A DNA stretch of 64,000 nucleotides from positions 6,703 through 70,702 of the forward strand of contig CAJFCJ010000005.1 of the NCBI GenBank assembly GCA_904063045.1, written 5' to 3'. This DNA is from Dimorphilus gyrociliatus (Eukaryota > Animalia > Annelida). A program made the translations under genes and the position numbers. Within the stretch, counting starts at the first letter, position 1, and every line of letters begins with the position of its first letter. The notes under the pieces were generated by a model, which saw only the letters and a list, made by a program, of their open reading frames with translations, was not told the origin of the DNA and ran no database searches. Of this stretch, positions 13,131 through 25,058 are shown piece by piece.

Positions 13131-13928
13131 CGGAAGTTAAAATGTATTTGATTTGATTATTAAAAATTTCTATTTCACTAATGGAAATAGATTCATCAGC
13201 AGTTAAAACAATTTCATTTATTGCCAAATAATTAAATTGTTGGCAAATTGTATTGTCTTTATTAGAGTACTAGTAAATGAATGAATAATTCTTTTCAATA
13301 TTTTGTTTTATTTCCTCATTCTGATAAAAACATTCACCTGTGAAATCATTCATCATAATATCAGCATAAATGTAAAACTTCTTTAACGGATCTAAAAAAA
13401 ACACCAATGAAATGAAAATGTTTTAAAGAATTTAAGACCTATTATTTTACTTTTGTCAGTTGATTTCCAAACACAAATTTCAGTTATATTGTAAAAACCT
13501 TCAAGATCAACTGTCCACCAGGGATGCGACAGAAAACGTCCATAAATTGGTGCTTTTACCCTAACCCTAGCCCAGCCCTTAGCTGTACCTAACCTTTTCC
13601 ATTACCCCTAACCCTTAGAGGAGACCCTCCTAAGTACAAATCAGTTGCTCTCTTCTTCTTCCTAACCATTTCTTAATCCAAAATTTAGTCTTGAAATTTC
13701 TCATTTGTGGACATTTTCTGTCGACCCCGTCCACCAAGCATCTACACAATTTCCAGTAGGAGCAGACTTACTAAAATCTCTCTCATCTCCATTTGCATTA
13801 ATAGCTTGCTCGTAGCCCTTTGAATTCAGTTGATAAACTGGATTAGATCTTATTATGTTATCACTCTCTAAGATAATGCAACAGTAATAGTTTATATGAA
13901 ATAGAATAAGGAAAAGCATATAAATCAT
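13131..13928 (-). pseudogene. Secreted F-type lectin (fucolectin/FTP) domain gene interrupted by a MITE and an in-frame TAG
   Basis: Signal peptide MIYMLFLILFHINYYCC. Removing the MITE and one TSD restores 'GNCVDAWWTVDLEGFYNITEICVW' (FTP WWxVDL motif). The next exon ends 'SISISEIEIF' but has an in-frame TAG near 13271. Confidence 0.75.
13522..13728. mobile_element. Mutator-type MITE, telomere-repeat-bearing family, copy A
   Basis: TIRs GGATGCGACAGAAAACGTCCATAAAT and GGGGTCGACAGAAAATGTCCACAAAT; 9-bp TSD GTCCACCAG/GTCCACCAA (8/9); internal CCCTAA-like repeats. Confidence 0.9.
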
Positions 13929-14849
13929 TTTGTGTGAGTCTCCCAGCTTTCTCTAGTATTGTAAAGCATTTTATTGATACACTGGAATAATTAATTATTT
14001 AATATCATCTTATTAAGAATTTAGTATTGTCTTTAAACATTCTTTCGTTAAATTATTTGTTCAATTATTTATGACTCTATCGTTAAATTACATTGAAAAA
14101 CGTGTCCTATTTATATAACACTCAATACAAGTCAATCCATCGATTATTACTTAAAAACAAAGATCTAATACTCAATTAGTGTGTTATTTTCTTTTTCTTC
14201 TCTCCTTCTTAATTATTTGAGAGAGACACTCTATTGAGATCAGATGAAATGTTGTATTAATGATATTTTCAGATTTTACTTTAAGCCCTGAATCATAGTA
14301 GAAAAAGCATTAAGGTTTTAAAAATGCAATTCATTCATACTTTTTATTATTATGCATTAAAAAGTATATTATCTATCAATATTTGACAGTTTATCAATAT
14401 TTAATAATAAAGAAGGTGAAAAAAAATACTCCAACCATTGCCACTATATCAAAATACTGCTTCTTTACACGTGATCTATCACTAAAATAGAACAAATTGT
14501 CTATAAAGTCTTATTTTTATATTTTATTTAGTATTTTTGTTGCCGAAGTGATTGTAGTTTTGGAGGAAAAATTCTCTTAAATATATCAACTGGTGAAAGA
14601 ATCCAATGTGACTCAATTATTGAAATATTTTGAATTATCTATAAAAAATAGGCACAAAGAATTATTCAGTTCTCTCTAAAGATATAAATTTAGCCCATAG
14701 GATATTTTTTGTTGTAATCTATCTCTAATCTTCATCACTTTGATCAAAGCAATTCACTTAACACATGATCGTTCTTGGAAAGTTTGAGATTTGGAAATAA
14801 AGAATGTATGAACTTCTAATTATTGCTACTATAGAAACTGACTGAAAAT

Positions 14850-15025
14850 GTATTACAAGGAGGGTTTAAACACAAATCGACATCAATGTCCAGGAAATCA
14901 TGGACAATCGTTACTCTGTTCAATGGTGGTGGATTTGTACAACTTCTCAAAAGTTTAAAAAAACCAGTCTTACAGGATGGTTCACAACCACTTCAACATG
15001 ACCATTCAGACCAACCTCCTCTATA
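14850..15025 (-). pseudogene. Thrombospondin type-1 repeat pseudo-exon
   Basis: 'GGWSEWSC*SGCEPSCKTGFFKLLRSCTNPPPLN...CLNPPC': TSP1 consensus with a conserved Trp position read as TGA. Confidence 0.75.
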
Positions 15026-15099
15026 ATAAACATTGGTTATTGTTCTTGTTCCGCTGTTTTGAATGTACTCGTATAAACAACTGGGCTTTAGCAGTAAAC

Positions 15100-15301
15100 G
15101 GGGCTGACTGAAAATGTTCCCAAGTGAGATATTTGAAATTAAAATTTCGGATTGAAAAAAGGTTAGGAGGTACAAAGTAGCTATTGATTAGTAATTAGGG
15201 GGGTTCCATCTAAGGGTTAGGAGTAATCAAAAAGGTTAGGGAGAGACAAGGGTTAGCGTTAGGGTTAAACCATGCATTGGGGGACGTTTTCTCTCGCATC
15301 C
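15100..15301. mobile_element. Mutator-type MITE, telomere-repeat-bearing family, copy B (older, diverged)
   Basis: Ends GGGGCTGACTGAAAATGTTCCCAAGTG...GGACGTTTTCTCTCGCATCC; colinear with copies A, C and D; decayed TSD GCAGTAAAC/GAGGTAAAT (6/9). Confidence 0.8.
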
Positions 15302-15771
15302 GAGGTAAATCAAACATTCGAAAGATTGCAATGAAAACTACTATAGAAATGAGATTATTTTTATAAAAATAACCTTGGCTTTATGTGGGGAAAGGGTTCA
15401 AGATAATTTCAATCATCTAGTACAGGAATTTCTCTTGAAGACGCGCTTTTATCAGCACTGTACAGTAATTTTGTAAATCATAAATCGTTCTCTTCCGCAA
15501 ATTTCTGTATCTACTGTTGCGCCATCTATTGGCATAAAAGTTACGAAGTCACTCAAAATTGTCGAAGCGTCATCCTCCTGATTGTAAACCAATTGAATAG
15601 CTAATTTAATACAGATGTCCGTTATAGAATGATGTTCCATATTCTAAAAGAGAATTTAAAATCAGAATGTTTCGAGAAAGAACACTATATAAACTTAATA
15701 TGCAAATGAGGTACGAGTGTAAAACTTCTGAATTGTCAACTATAAAGCTACGGCGCGAAGCTGGGAAAAGC

Positions 15772-15936
15772 ATACTTACCTGGCAGAAGGAATTGCTACG
15801 ATCGACAAGGTAGCTTCCTCAGACTGAGGCCTTTCCATTGCACTTCGGATTGGTTGACGTCTGCGATCATCTCACATTGAGATGACTCGACTGTACAATT
15901 TTTGTTAGTGGGAGATCAGCGTTCGCGCGGCCTCCT
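15772..15936 (+). ncRNA. RNU1: U1 snRNA
   Basis: 5' ATACTTACCTG, U1A loop ATTGCAC, Sm site AATTTTTGT (~15897-15905), terminal stem-loop with GCG-TTCG-CGC, length about 165 nt. Confidence 0.95.
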
Positions 15937-16544
15937 TTCCAAATTTAATGTCAAAAGCTGAATTTATATGATATATCTGGGTCTTATAGGTCTAGGTAGA
16001 TTAAAAGTATTTTTAGGGTTAGAAAACTAAATATGCATAAAGCTTTATTGTTTGTTATTGAGCTAATGCATTTTTCCAAATTTAGGCAAAGTAGTTACTT
16101 AGATGTCTAAAAGTTGAACTTCTGTTGATGTCTACTGCATCTACTATGTCAATAAATTGCAGTTGAATTATTATAGGACAAACTGTTATGTTGGTGATGT
16201 GATTGAAGATGAGTCGACAAAGAGAAGGCTTAGGTTAGTTTTAAAATAGACAATTAATCTCTACTGCAAATTCTGTCAACATTAAACTGACTATATTTGA
16301 ATATAATTATGTACAAATGAAGAGTTAATACTATAATTTTTTAAAATTAGTGAAATGGTAATTCAAGCAGCAATTATCTTCTGATAAGTACAACTTTTGT
16401 ACTAGAAATGGACAAATACTTTGCTCAAATTAATTTTTTAATAATTAGGTAGTAATTGGGTCATAAATTTTGTCCAATTTGACAAACTTGTATTAAAGGA
16501 GACAACATGAAACAAGAACTGTAACAGTTGTTTATGAAACTACA

Positions 16545-18132
16545 ATGAAAATCATTCTATATTTAAAAATTTCAGTATCTTTGCTTGTTTTTAAAGAAAA
16601 TTCAGATCGTAACAATTTGGTGTTAAGTTCATTTGTTAATGCAGAAACATGTTCCAAGTTGACGTATAAAATTTCAAATTGGTTTAACATTGAAATGTCT
16701 CATACTTTAGACAGAGAAACTTATAACCTTGTAATAGTGTCAATTTCATGTATTATTGCTTTTGAAGTGTTAAAAGATCCTAAGGAACTGTCTAAAGATA
16801 TTTGTGCTGTTTTAAACTCCAAGAGACTGATTGGATTGTGTAAAGAAATTAGAAATTATTTCAAATCTAGTAAATCAATTGTTGATTTGGCATTTATGTT
16901 TGAGACTCAATATAGATTTTATAATAAATATCTCGACACTGACTACTATTTAAAGCATATAAGAGAGATGAAAGATTTCTTCAACTATCTTCATAAATAT
17001 ATTGTTGGGAAGAATATGACAAAATTGCTGGAAGATAATAAGGATATTGATATACTAGTTAATAAATTGTCTTCGAAGCATGGCTCTAATTGGTTGTTTA
17101 GTCTACAGGAATCTGGAATTCATCAAGATATTTTTCGAATTAATGCTATTGGACAAAATGATGAATAAATTAGGTCTATTGCTTTGGCAATAATGGGTAA
17201 TATTCATTTTTTATACTATTAGTTCATTCAATCATTCTTACATTCTTCCTTCTAGAAAAATGCCCAAAGAAATATTCCAAATATCATCCCTATCACGAAA
17301 ATCTGCAAAATTTTATCAAGACAGCCTACAGCCTACAGCCTACAGCCTACTGCTAAATGGAACAGCCATCAGTAGATCAGCAGAAGCTTATGAAAAAAGT
17401 TATGAAATAGTTGAGTACTTTAATGAAGCTGGTTTATTTGATAGACCTAAATGCAAAAATGAAGAAACTGTTGATAAAATTATTGCATTTCTAACTGAGC
17501 ATAAAAATGAAATATTTAAATTTTTACCTGGAATGGCACACCTCAATAAAGAATTGAGAGAGTTTGATACTGGTGTTAAACTTGTTGTTTGTACTCTAAT
17601 TAATTCTAAAGATTTAACACAATTCAATAATATATTGGGAATGTATACTTTTACACCCATATTAGATATTGAAAAATATGAACATCTAGCAGCATCTCTT
17701 TTCCTCCTTCCTTCAGAGTTCTATCACAAAGCAATGGAGTTTAGCAATGATTTCTTGTTGAGAAGTATCCTCATTAACAATTCACCTGGAAAACAGAAAA
17801 ATCTGATCACAATGGGCAAACAATTGATGGATATCTATGAAGATTTAAAGAATATAGGCCTAGTCAATAGGCTAATAGAGCAAACTCCAAAAACATGTGA
17901 TGATAGTAAATATGAAATTGTTGTTGAAATGGTGAAATATTTAAAAAAGAATGAACATGTTCTATCGAATACAATCTTTGCTTTGAGAGAAAAATATATC
18001 AACTATTCAATCCCTTCTGTAGATTTCTCACATTGGATTTCAGACTTTTTATGCCTACTTTCTGACTCTTCTATGCAAGATTTTCATTCCACTCTTTATG
18101 GTTATTTAGGCAATTTCAAAACATTGCTTTAA
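16545..18132 (+). CDS. Uncharacterised alpha-helical (possibly ARM-like) protein in two long ORFs separated by a stop and a probable intron; possibly a pseudogene
   Basis: ORFs of 207 and 290 aa. The text after TAA 17166-17168 continues in frame as 'IRSIALAIMGNI' (ARM-like), and a polypyrimidine-AG acceptor lies at 17255. Confidence 0.45.
17321..17350 (+). repeat. (ACAGCCT)4 tandem repeat inside an ORF
   Basis: acagcct x4 plus ac, read directly. Confidence 0.9.
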
Positions 18133-18199
18133 ACTATTAGGACATTCATTAAGAAGATTTTACAGCAAATATCTAGATTGATGAGTTCTGTGTATTGAT

Positions 18200-20910
18200 A
18201 TTTCTAAAGGGAAATCTAGAAAGAATTGCTAAAACAAAAGATTGTTAATCAGTTTTTCTTTGCTCCTTTATGACAACAGGTTTGTAATACTAGTTTTGAG
18301 TAAAATGTAAAGGTTTAAACTTTTCGAAGATCAAGATTACATATATCTTACTGTGAGCCTTCGCAAAGGCAAGAAGAGAATCGTAGCCCCATTTTTGAAC
18401 AAATAATTCGAGTTGTAGCTGGTTGGAGAGCACTCAATGTAATACTAGATGACTCATTTTGAATAGTCATATTAACAACGTCATATCAATAAAACTTATT
18501 GCACCTAGTATTATTTTTATTAAAAGTAAAAGCATTTCTTTCAACAAGGAAGATAATTTTAAAAGTGGACTGATATAAATTCCTTAACACCGGTTATGCA
18601 CCTTGATTTTTAAAAGAAAAAGAAATATTATGTAAATATACTAAACAGTTTTGCCAGAAAGCAAACAGGAAATTGGTGTAAAATTCTCAGATATTAATTT
18701 GCATATATAGCCACAAGCGTTAAGAAAATTTTCAGGTCTTGAAAACGCCAGTAATTCAATACCAAACGTTTTAGACATGACGTAATAGTTGGATTGCTTT
18801 ACAACGATATTTTTGAATTTCATCTTCAATTCACTTTCGCTAATTAATTTGAAATCTAAGAAAAATGAAGAAAAGTGTTTTTTTTTTGTTTTTAATGTTC
18901 CTAGGCCTACAGTAAAAAATAATTTAGACAAACCATTTAAATGGTTCTCCAAACAGGTAAATGAAGTTGCAGTGTTAGATTTGAATATTGTTTTGTTATT
19001 TTCAAATGACATTATTGCAGTTCTATTAAGTAATTTTTTAAATTTAGTTGATAAATTTTGTTTAAAAAATGTAGCTTTTGAGCATATTTCTTCTCTTCTT
19101 GAATTGATTGCTTCAACCCGATAAATTTGATTTGTATATTTTGCGTACAAAATATACAAATGATAAAATCTGGTAGCAAAGAAATCTTTAAAAAAAAAAT
19201 AATTTAAATATTTAAATATTAAAAACAAACAATCTACAAACAATTGGAGTTTTTATCAACGCATGTCAGAGATACTATCTTTTCACTCAAAAATTCAAGT
19301 TTTCTCCTAAAATTCAAAAACAAAGAGGAATGAATTAATCCCATTTATGTAATGAATATTTAAAAAATTATTTTTTATCTACTGAATACAGCAATTCTTC
19401 TTCGAATCAAGTTTTAAATTTGTTGTTTTAACTGAGTAGTTGAATTTCGAAAACTTGATAATACTATGAATATCTTCGTATCCAATTTTTTGACAGATAA
19501 GAAATTGATTTTCATAATCTATATCTATTTTATTAATATAGAAATGTTTTCCGTTTGTTAAAGATTTTAGAAAACCATTAACAAAATTATTGGTTTTAAT
19601 GATGTTACTCAAGTAGAGTTTTTGTGAAGAATGATATTTATTCAATTTTAAATCTGATTTTTCACAATTAACTTTGATAAATTGGATTTTTTGCTTTAAA
19701 GTTGGATATTTAATATTACAATTTTGGATTTTTTCTTCCTCCATTTTACAACCAGTGACATGAGGAAACTGTGTTAGAAAACAAAGTTTATATTTGTAAA
19801 AGAAAAGTTTTTGTTTGAAAATTTAGAATACTTTTTCAAAAATTTCCTCTGATTTACATGATGTCATTTTATAATTTAAAAGTTTTAATTGACAAACTAA
19901 TTTACAGGCGACAAGATGTTTCACACCAATATCAAATAGTGGTGGAAGGATTCCATAACCTTTAAGGTGGAAACCATTTTTTAATCTTCGTTTAAACTGC
20001 TTCAATGGAGAATGTGGTTTAAAGTTGAGTGATTCAATCTTTATGTCTATTAGTTTTTTAAATGCATATATTAAATTTTATTTCTTTTACTTTCTATTGT
20101 AACCTTGACCTTTCAACTCTAAAAATGTACAATTTAAACTGGTTTTATCATTCTTCCTTTCTACCAGTTTAGTTGTAATTTGAAAAGCTCTTTTAAACCA
20201 CACAAAACTTGAATATTCAGTGTTAATTTTAAATGATAATTGTTTTAATGTAAATTCAGTCTTGCCACAGAGTTTTTTCCTATCAGTTTCATTTCCATAA
20301 ACCTTATAAACACTTTGATTTTTTCTGAGAAATAATTCAAAAATATTATCCAAAATTTCAACACTGAATAAATCTGTTCAAAAAATTCGATACAAAAGAA
20401 ATGGTTCCTTTTTTATTTTTATCTTATCATCTTACACAGTTTCTGCTTTTTGCAACATTTTAAAACTATTTTATAGGAAGTAGCATCCTCTCTAATTTCA
20501 CTGCAGGAGATAAAAAATATGTTTAAAACTCTATCTTTTAACCTTGACCTTTATTTAATAGTATATACTAACTAGAAGTATTGTTGATTTTTTCGAAAAA
20601 GGAATACTGATCTAGATAATTTTCTTTTACGTGGTTTAAAATATGAGTATAATGAGTCAAATCCGAAATTTTTACAAAGATTATTCCTGTCAACAAACGA
20701 AAGATTTTCATGTGAAACAACATGTAAAACATCACGGAATTGATTCGATTTTATTGTTATTAGCCCTTCAACAATTGTTCTTCTCTTAATAGAAAATTTT
20801 TTAATTAATGAAAATGATAAATTTCCAAAATTTTTTTCAATAGTCAATTGAATTAGAAAAACTGGTATTAAAATAATAGACACGTTTAAACATTTTAAAA
20901 ATTTGAACAT
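18200..20910 (-). pseudogene. Fragmented coding-like region, product not recognised
   Basis: Chain of same-strand ORFs (20572-20910, 20087-20353, 19823-20005, 19379-19744, 18641-19243) broken by stops and frameshifts; no domain confidently identified. Confidence 0.3.
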
Positions 20911-21419
20911 AATGTTTTAACGTTAAATGATTGTTTGAAATCAGTTAAAACCAATTAATTACTTTTATTGTATTTTACGTATTCTGGATATTGAATTTAA
21001 AAAAGAAAAAAATGACAAAATATTTAATTTATTAAAGATAATTTAATTAATTTATTTAAAAAAATTCTTTCTGAAGATTGTATTCTAAATCTTAAGTGAT
21101 TAAGGATGGTGATTATATACATAATCCATTTCGAATTCAAAGATTACCTTCTCCAGAACATTATTTGGAAAATTTAGCATACACTAAACGCTAATTTGTT
21201 GATTGGCTGCTATTCACCCTATTAAAACATTCATCAAAAAATCAACAGTTAATCAGCTGTTCTTTTGTTGCCTAACAACATGTGCGTATTATCAGTTTTT
21301 GACTTCGAATACATAGGCCTATTTGTTAGAGCTACTTAAAAATAGTAATTAAATTTTGTTTTTCTTTTAGAATAATTAATGATGTTCATGTATATTTTTT
21401 CAAAAAAGATAACATTCAA

Positions 21420-22559
21420 TTAATCTTTTGCTACAAGAATGTCTGAAATTGTTGTTGGGAGATAAGTTAGTGGAATTATAACATATTTCTCAAATAATCC
21501 AACTGTATAACGATTTTTAGGCCATATTGATAAGATTGCATTCTCATATGCATCAATTACTTCGTGAGTATTGCTTTTCAATCTATGTATCGCTGTTAAA
21601 TGGTATTCCATATCTAATTTTGAAAATCAAAACCTTCCGTAAAAAAAATATTTAAAAATTTTAAAAATATTTTCTTACATTTTTCAACATAGTTCTCTCT
21701 AGTTTTGAATGTATCCTTTGTAAATTTCGAAGCTCTATCGTAACTGTCAAAAACCCGTTTTCTAGTATCATCAGCACTTAATAGACTAGTCCTATACATT
21801 CCTGGTTCAATTACATGAACAGAAATATTCCAGCCATGAGTTTTCAATATAAGCCTTTTTGGGTTGAAAATTTAGTTAAAACTGGTATTGGAAAAATTGA
21901 AATATTTACCCTAAACAACTTGATAGGCCTGATAGACAAAATTTCGACATTGCATATAAAAGAATCTTATTTTGTATCCGTCCAGCAAGGGATGACATGT
22001 TAATAATTCTACCATTCGCCATATGTAACAAATGGAGAAATTTAAATGACATTATTGCTGGAGCAACCGCATTAACGTTTAAAACTTCCCTAACTTTATG
22101 CGGTAGAATCGTCTCCGGCGAACCAAGATTGTGTCCAATAATTCCAGCATTATTCACTAAAGCGTATAGACCATTTTCACCAACTTTTTGACTAACAAAT
22201 TCCCTAAGTTGTTCAATTTCATCGTCATTCGTTACGTTCAGAATGAAAGTTGTCAATCTATTTGAAGAGGATAACGATAAATCTTTAGCTCCTTTTTCAG
22301 TTAGGCAAGTAGCTATAACATTCATTCCTTTATTGTCAAGACGTTTCGCCAATAGATTTCCAAATCCTGAAATTTTTTTTTTTTGTCTGTTCATTACGAA
22401 GGAAATAAACAATTTCAACTTACCAGTATCACATCCGGTTATTAAAACGTATCTATTTTTAATATTCCTTATATAAATAGATCTTATAAAATGTTCAATA
22501 CACCTTAATAGTATTATTAGTAGTAAAATACTTGTTAAAAATCCTAAAGTTGTAAGCAT
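21420..22559 (-). CDS. Short-chain dehydrogenase/reductase, SDR9C (retinol dehydrogenase/17beta-HSD6-like)
   Basis: N-terminal hydrophobic anchor, TGCDTGFG (split by a 57-nt in-frame intron), NNAG, catalytic YAMSK, IEPG, and C-terminal 'AILSIWPKNRYTVG'; three GT-AG introns. Confidence 0.9.
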
Positions 22560-22914
22560 TTTGCTGTGTTAATAATTTAAAATCCCAATTTTGAATCTTC
22601 CACACAAACTCAAACCATTAATATAAAATATATATTGTATTTGTATAAAAAAATTTCTTATCTATAAATCAGTTATTTATGTAATGAATTGCTCATAATG
22701 GGTGAGATAAGAGAGTGAGGTAGAAAAAGGGGAGGGGAGGCAGGAGGCAGAGGCAACAGTTGTTTCTAATGCGCAGACAACATATGATGCTCATTTTATA
22801 AATTATAAATCAACAAAATCAATTTATAACGTCACCTAGTGATCTAGTTTTAGTACAAATAAAACAACCCCTCCAATTGCCATAAGCAACTTGGATCAAT
22901 ACTAAAAAAACAAA

Positions 22915-24825
22915 ATGGCGTCCAATATTGAATTATCTACACGTAGCGTTCGTAAAAAAATTGAAAATAATGATTTTAACGGATACTCAAAGTTATTTAA
23001 ACAGTTTGAAAATTCATCAAATACAATAACGACATTTAAATTTCAAGGTTATAATTTAAATTATAAAAATTATTTATCAATTGCTCAACTATTTAGCAAT
23101 TGTCATCAAATCGAATACGTTAATCTATCGGATAATCTACAAATTGGAAATAGTTTAATCCTAATCGTAAAACAATTATTACAATGTTCAAATACTTTAA
23201 AATATCTTAACGTAACCGGATGTAATTTAAATTCAAAAATTTGTAAACGTTTTGGTAATTTATTAATTTATTTTACAAATATTCAAGAATTTTTTATTGG
23301 CGATAATCCAAATATGAAAAGAGGATTTTTAAAAATATGTAACGGACTTCAATCATCAACCAATCATCTTAGAAAATTCAGTATTTATAATTGTAATTTA
23401 AACGCACCAACATGTAATTCACTTGAAAAACTATTGATTAATTGTACTCTAATTGAACATCTGAATATTGGCAATAATCCAAATATGAATAATGAATTTT
23501 TAAGTATTTGTAACAGTCTTAAAAAATCATTTAAAAATTTAAAATTTCTTTCATTAAAAAATTGCAAAATTAATGAAAATAATTCAATTGGTGTGAAGGA
23601 ATTATTGATGGAATGTCGTGAGATTATTGGAATATATCTGGATGATAATGAAAAGATAAGTTATGGTTTTTTGGAAATTTTTAAACAACTTGAAAAATCT
23701 AAACAAAATTTAAAGTTTATTTCTTTGAATTTTTGTAATTTAAATGAAAATATGGCTACCAGTTTAGGTAATCTTTTACCAAATTGTTCAGTCCTTGAAG
23801 AACTTTATTTAAAAGAAAATCGAAATATTGGACCAAACGGTTTTTTAAATATTACTATTGGGCTTGAAAATTCGTCTGCTAGTTTAAAAGAATTGGATTT
23901 TGAAGATTGTAATCTGGATGAAAATATGAGTAGATATATTGGAAATTTACTTCAAAAGTGTCATCAAATTGATAGTATCTACTTGAAAGATAATGTTAAT
24001 ATGGGAGATGGTTTAATAGAAATTCTTAAAGGACTTGAAAAATCATCTCAAACTTTACAAGTTCTAGATTTGGAGAATTGTGCATTGGGCGATAATATCA
24101 ATAAATACTTAATAAATTTATTAGATAAATGTTCAAAAATTGAGAAAATATTTCTTGGTGAAAATCAAAATATACAACTTTTTCAAATATTCAAACTGCT
24201 TGAAAAATCTAACAGATATTTAAAAACTCTTGGTTTTGACAATTGTAAAATGAATAATGATGATTTTAATGAAAATCTTGTAAAGTTATTAAATCAATGT
24301 ATAAAGTTAGAAGCTATATATTTTGAAGGAGATGATTGGATAAGACAAGACTTTATAGGTATATGCTCAGGGATCAGAAATTCTTGTAACACGTTACAGA
24401 CCTTGAATTTCGAAAATTGTAATCTCGAGGAAGAAGCATTTAATAGTATTGGAAATTTATTAATGCATTGTCATCAAATTGAAGAAATCTATGTTGGTTG
24501 GAATTTTTATGGTAAAAATGGAATTTTAAAAATTTGTGAAGGTCTTGAAAAATCTTCTACATTTTTAAAAATTATTGGATTTCAGTGTTGCGGTATAGAT
24601 GAAAGCTTATGCGATCATATTGGATTTTTGCTAATGAAATGTTCAAATATTAAAAAAATTCATCTAGCAGACAACTTTATTAAAAATGGATGGATACCAA
24701 TTTGTCTTGCATTAGAAAAATCTTTACAAACTTTGGTTCAAATTGATTTTAGAAATTGTTTTTTAAGTAGGAAAATCTGCAAAAAAATTACAAACCAATT
24801 TGGGTCTAAAATTGTTAGACTTTGA
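22915..24825 (+). CDS. Intronless ribonuclease-inhibitor-like LRR-only protein, 636 aa
   Basis: Uninterrupted ORF of about 57-aa (28+29) Cys/Asn-rich repeats such as 'LKxLxLxxCNLNE...LLxxCxxIExIxLxxNxxMGxGFxxIxxGLExS'; paralog of 52774-54696. Confidence 0.9.
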   Translation: MASNIELSTRSVRKKIENNDFNGYSKLFKQFENSSNTITTFKFQGYNLNYKNYLSIAQLFSNCHQIEYVNLSDNLQIGNSLILIVKQLLQCSNTLKYLNVTGCNLNSKICKRFGNLLIYFTNIQEFFIGDNPNMKRGFLKICNGLQSSTNHLRKFSIYNCNLNAPTCNSLEKLLINCTLIEHLNIGNNPNMNNEFLSICNSLKKSFKNLKFLSLKNCKINENNSIGVKELLMECREIIGIYLDDNEKISYGFLEIFKQLEKSKQNLKFISLNFCNLNENMATSLGNLLPNCSVLEELYLKENRNIGPNGFLNITIGLENSSASLKELDFEDCNLDENMSRYIGNLLQKCHQIDSIYLKDNVNMGDGLIEILKGLEKSSQTLQVLDLENCALGDNINKYLINLLDKCSKIEKIFLGENQNIQLFQIFKLLEKSNRYLKTLGFDNCKMNNDDFNENLVKLLNQCIKLEAIYFEGDDWIRQDFIGICSGIRNSCNTLQTLNFENCNLEEEAFNSIGNLLMHCHQIEEIYVGWNFYGKNGILKICEGLEKSSTFLKIIGFQCCGIDESLCDHIGFLLMKCSNIKKIHLADNFIKNGWIPICLALEKSLQTLVQIDFRNCFLSRKICKKITNQFGSKIVRL

Positions 24826-25058
24826 AAAATTTTCTAACAATTCATTCAGCCTATTTTTAAATATTAATGAAGAAAGAAACTGTCCAAAGAGGGAGTATTT
24901 TTTAGACTGGTTCCATTTATATTATGATCAAAAGCTACTCAATTAACATTTCAATAAAAAGACATTTGAAATAAAATACAATATAAAGAAATGCCAAGTC
25001 TATAAATATACACACTTTAGAAAGAGAGTCGTTTAAAAATTCAAGTTAAAGTTTCAAA

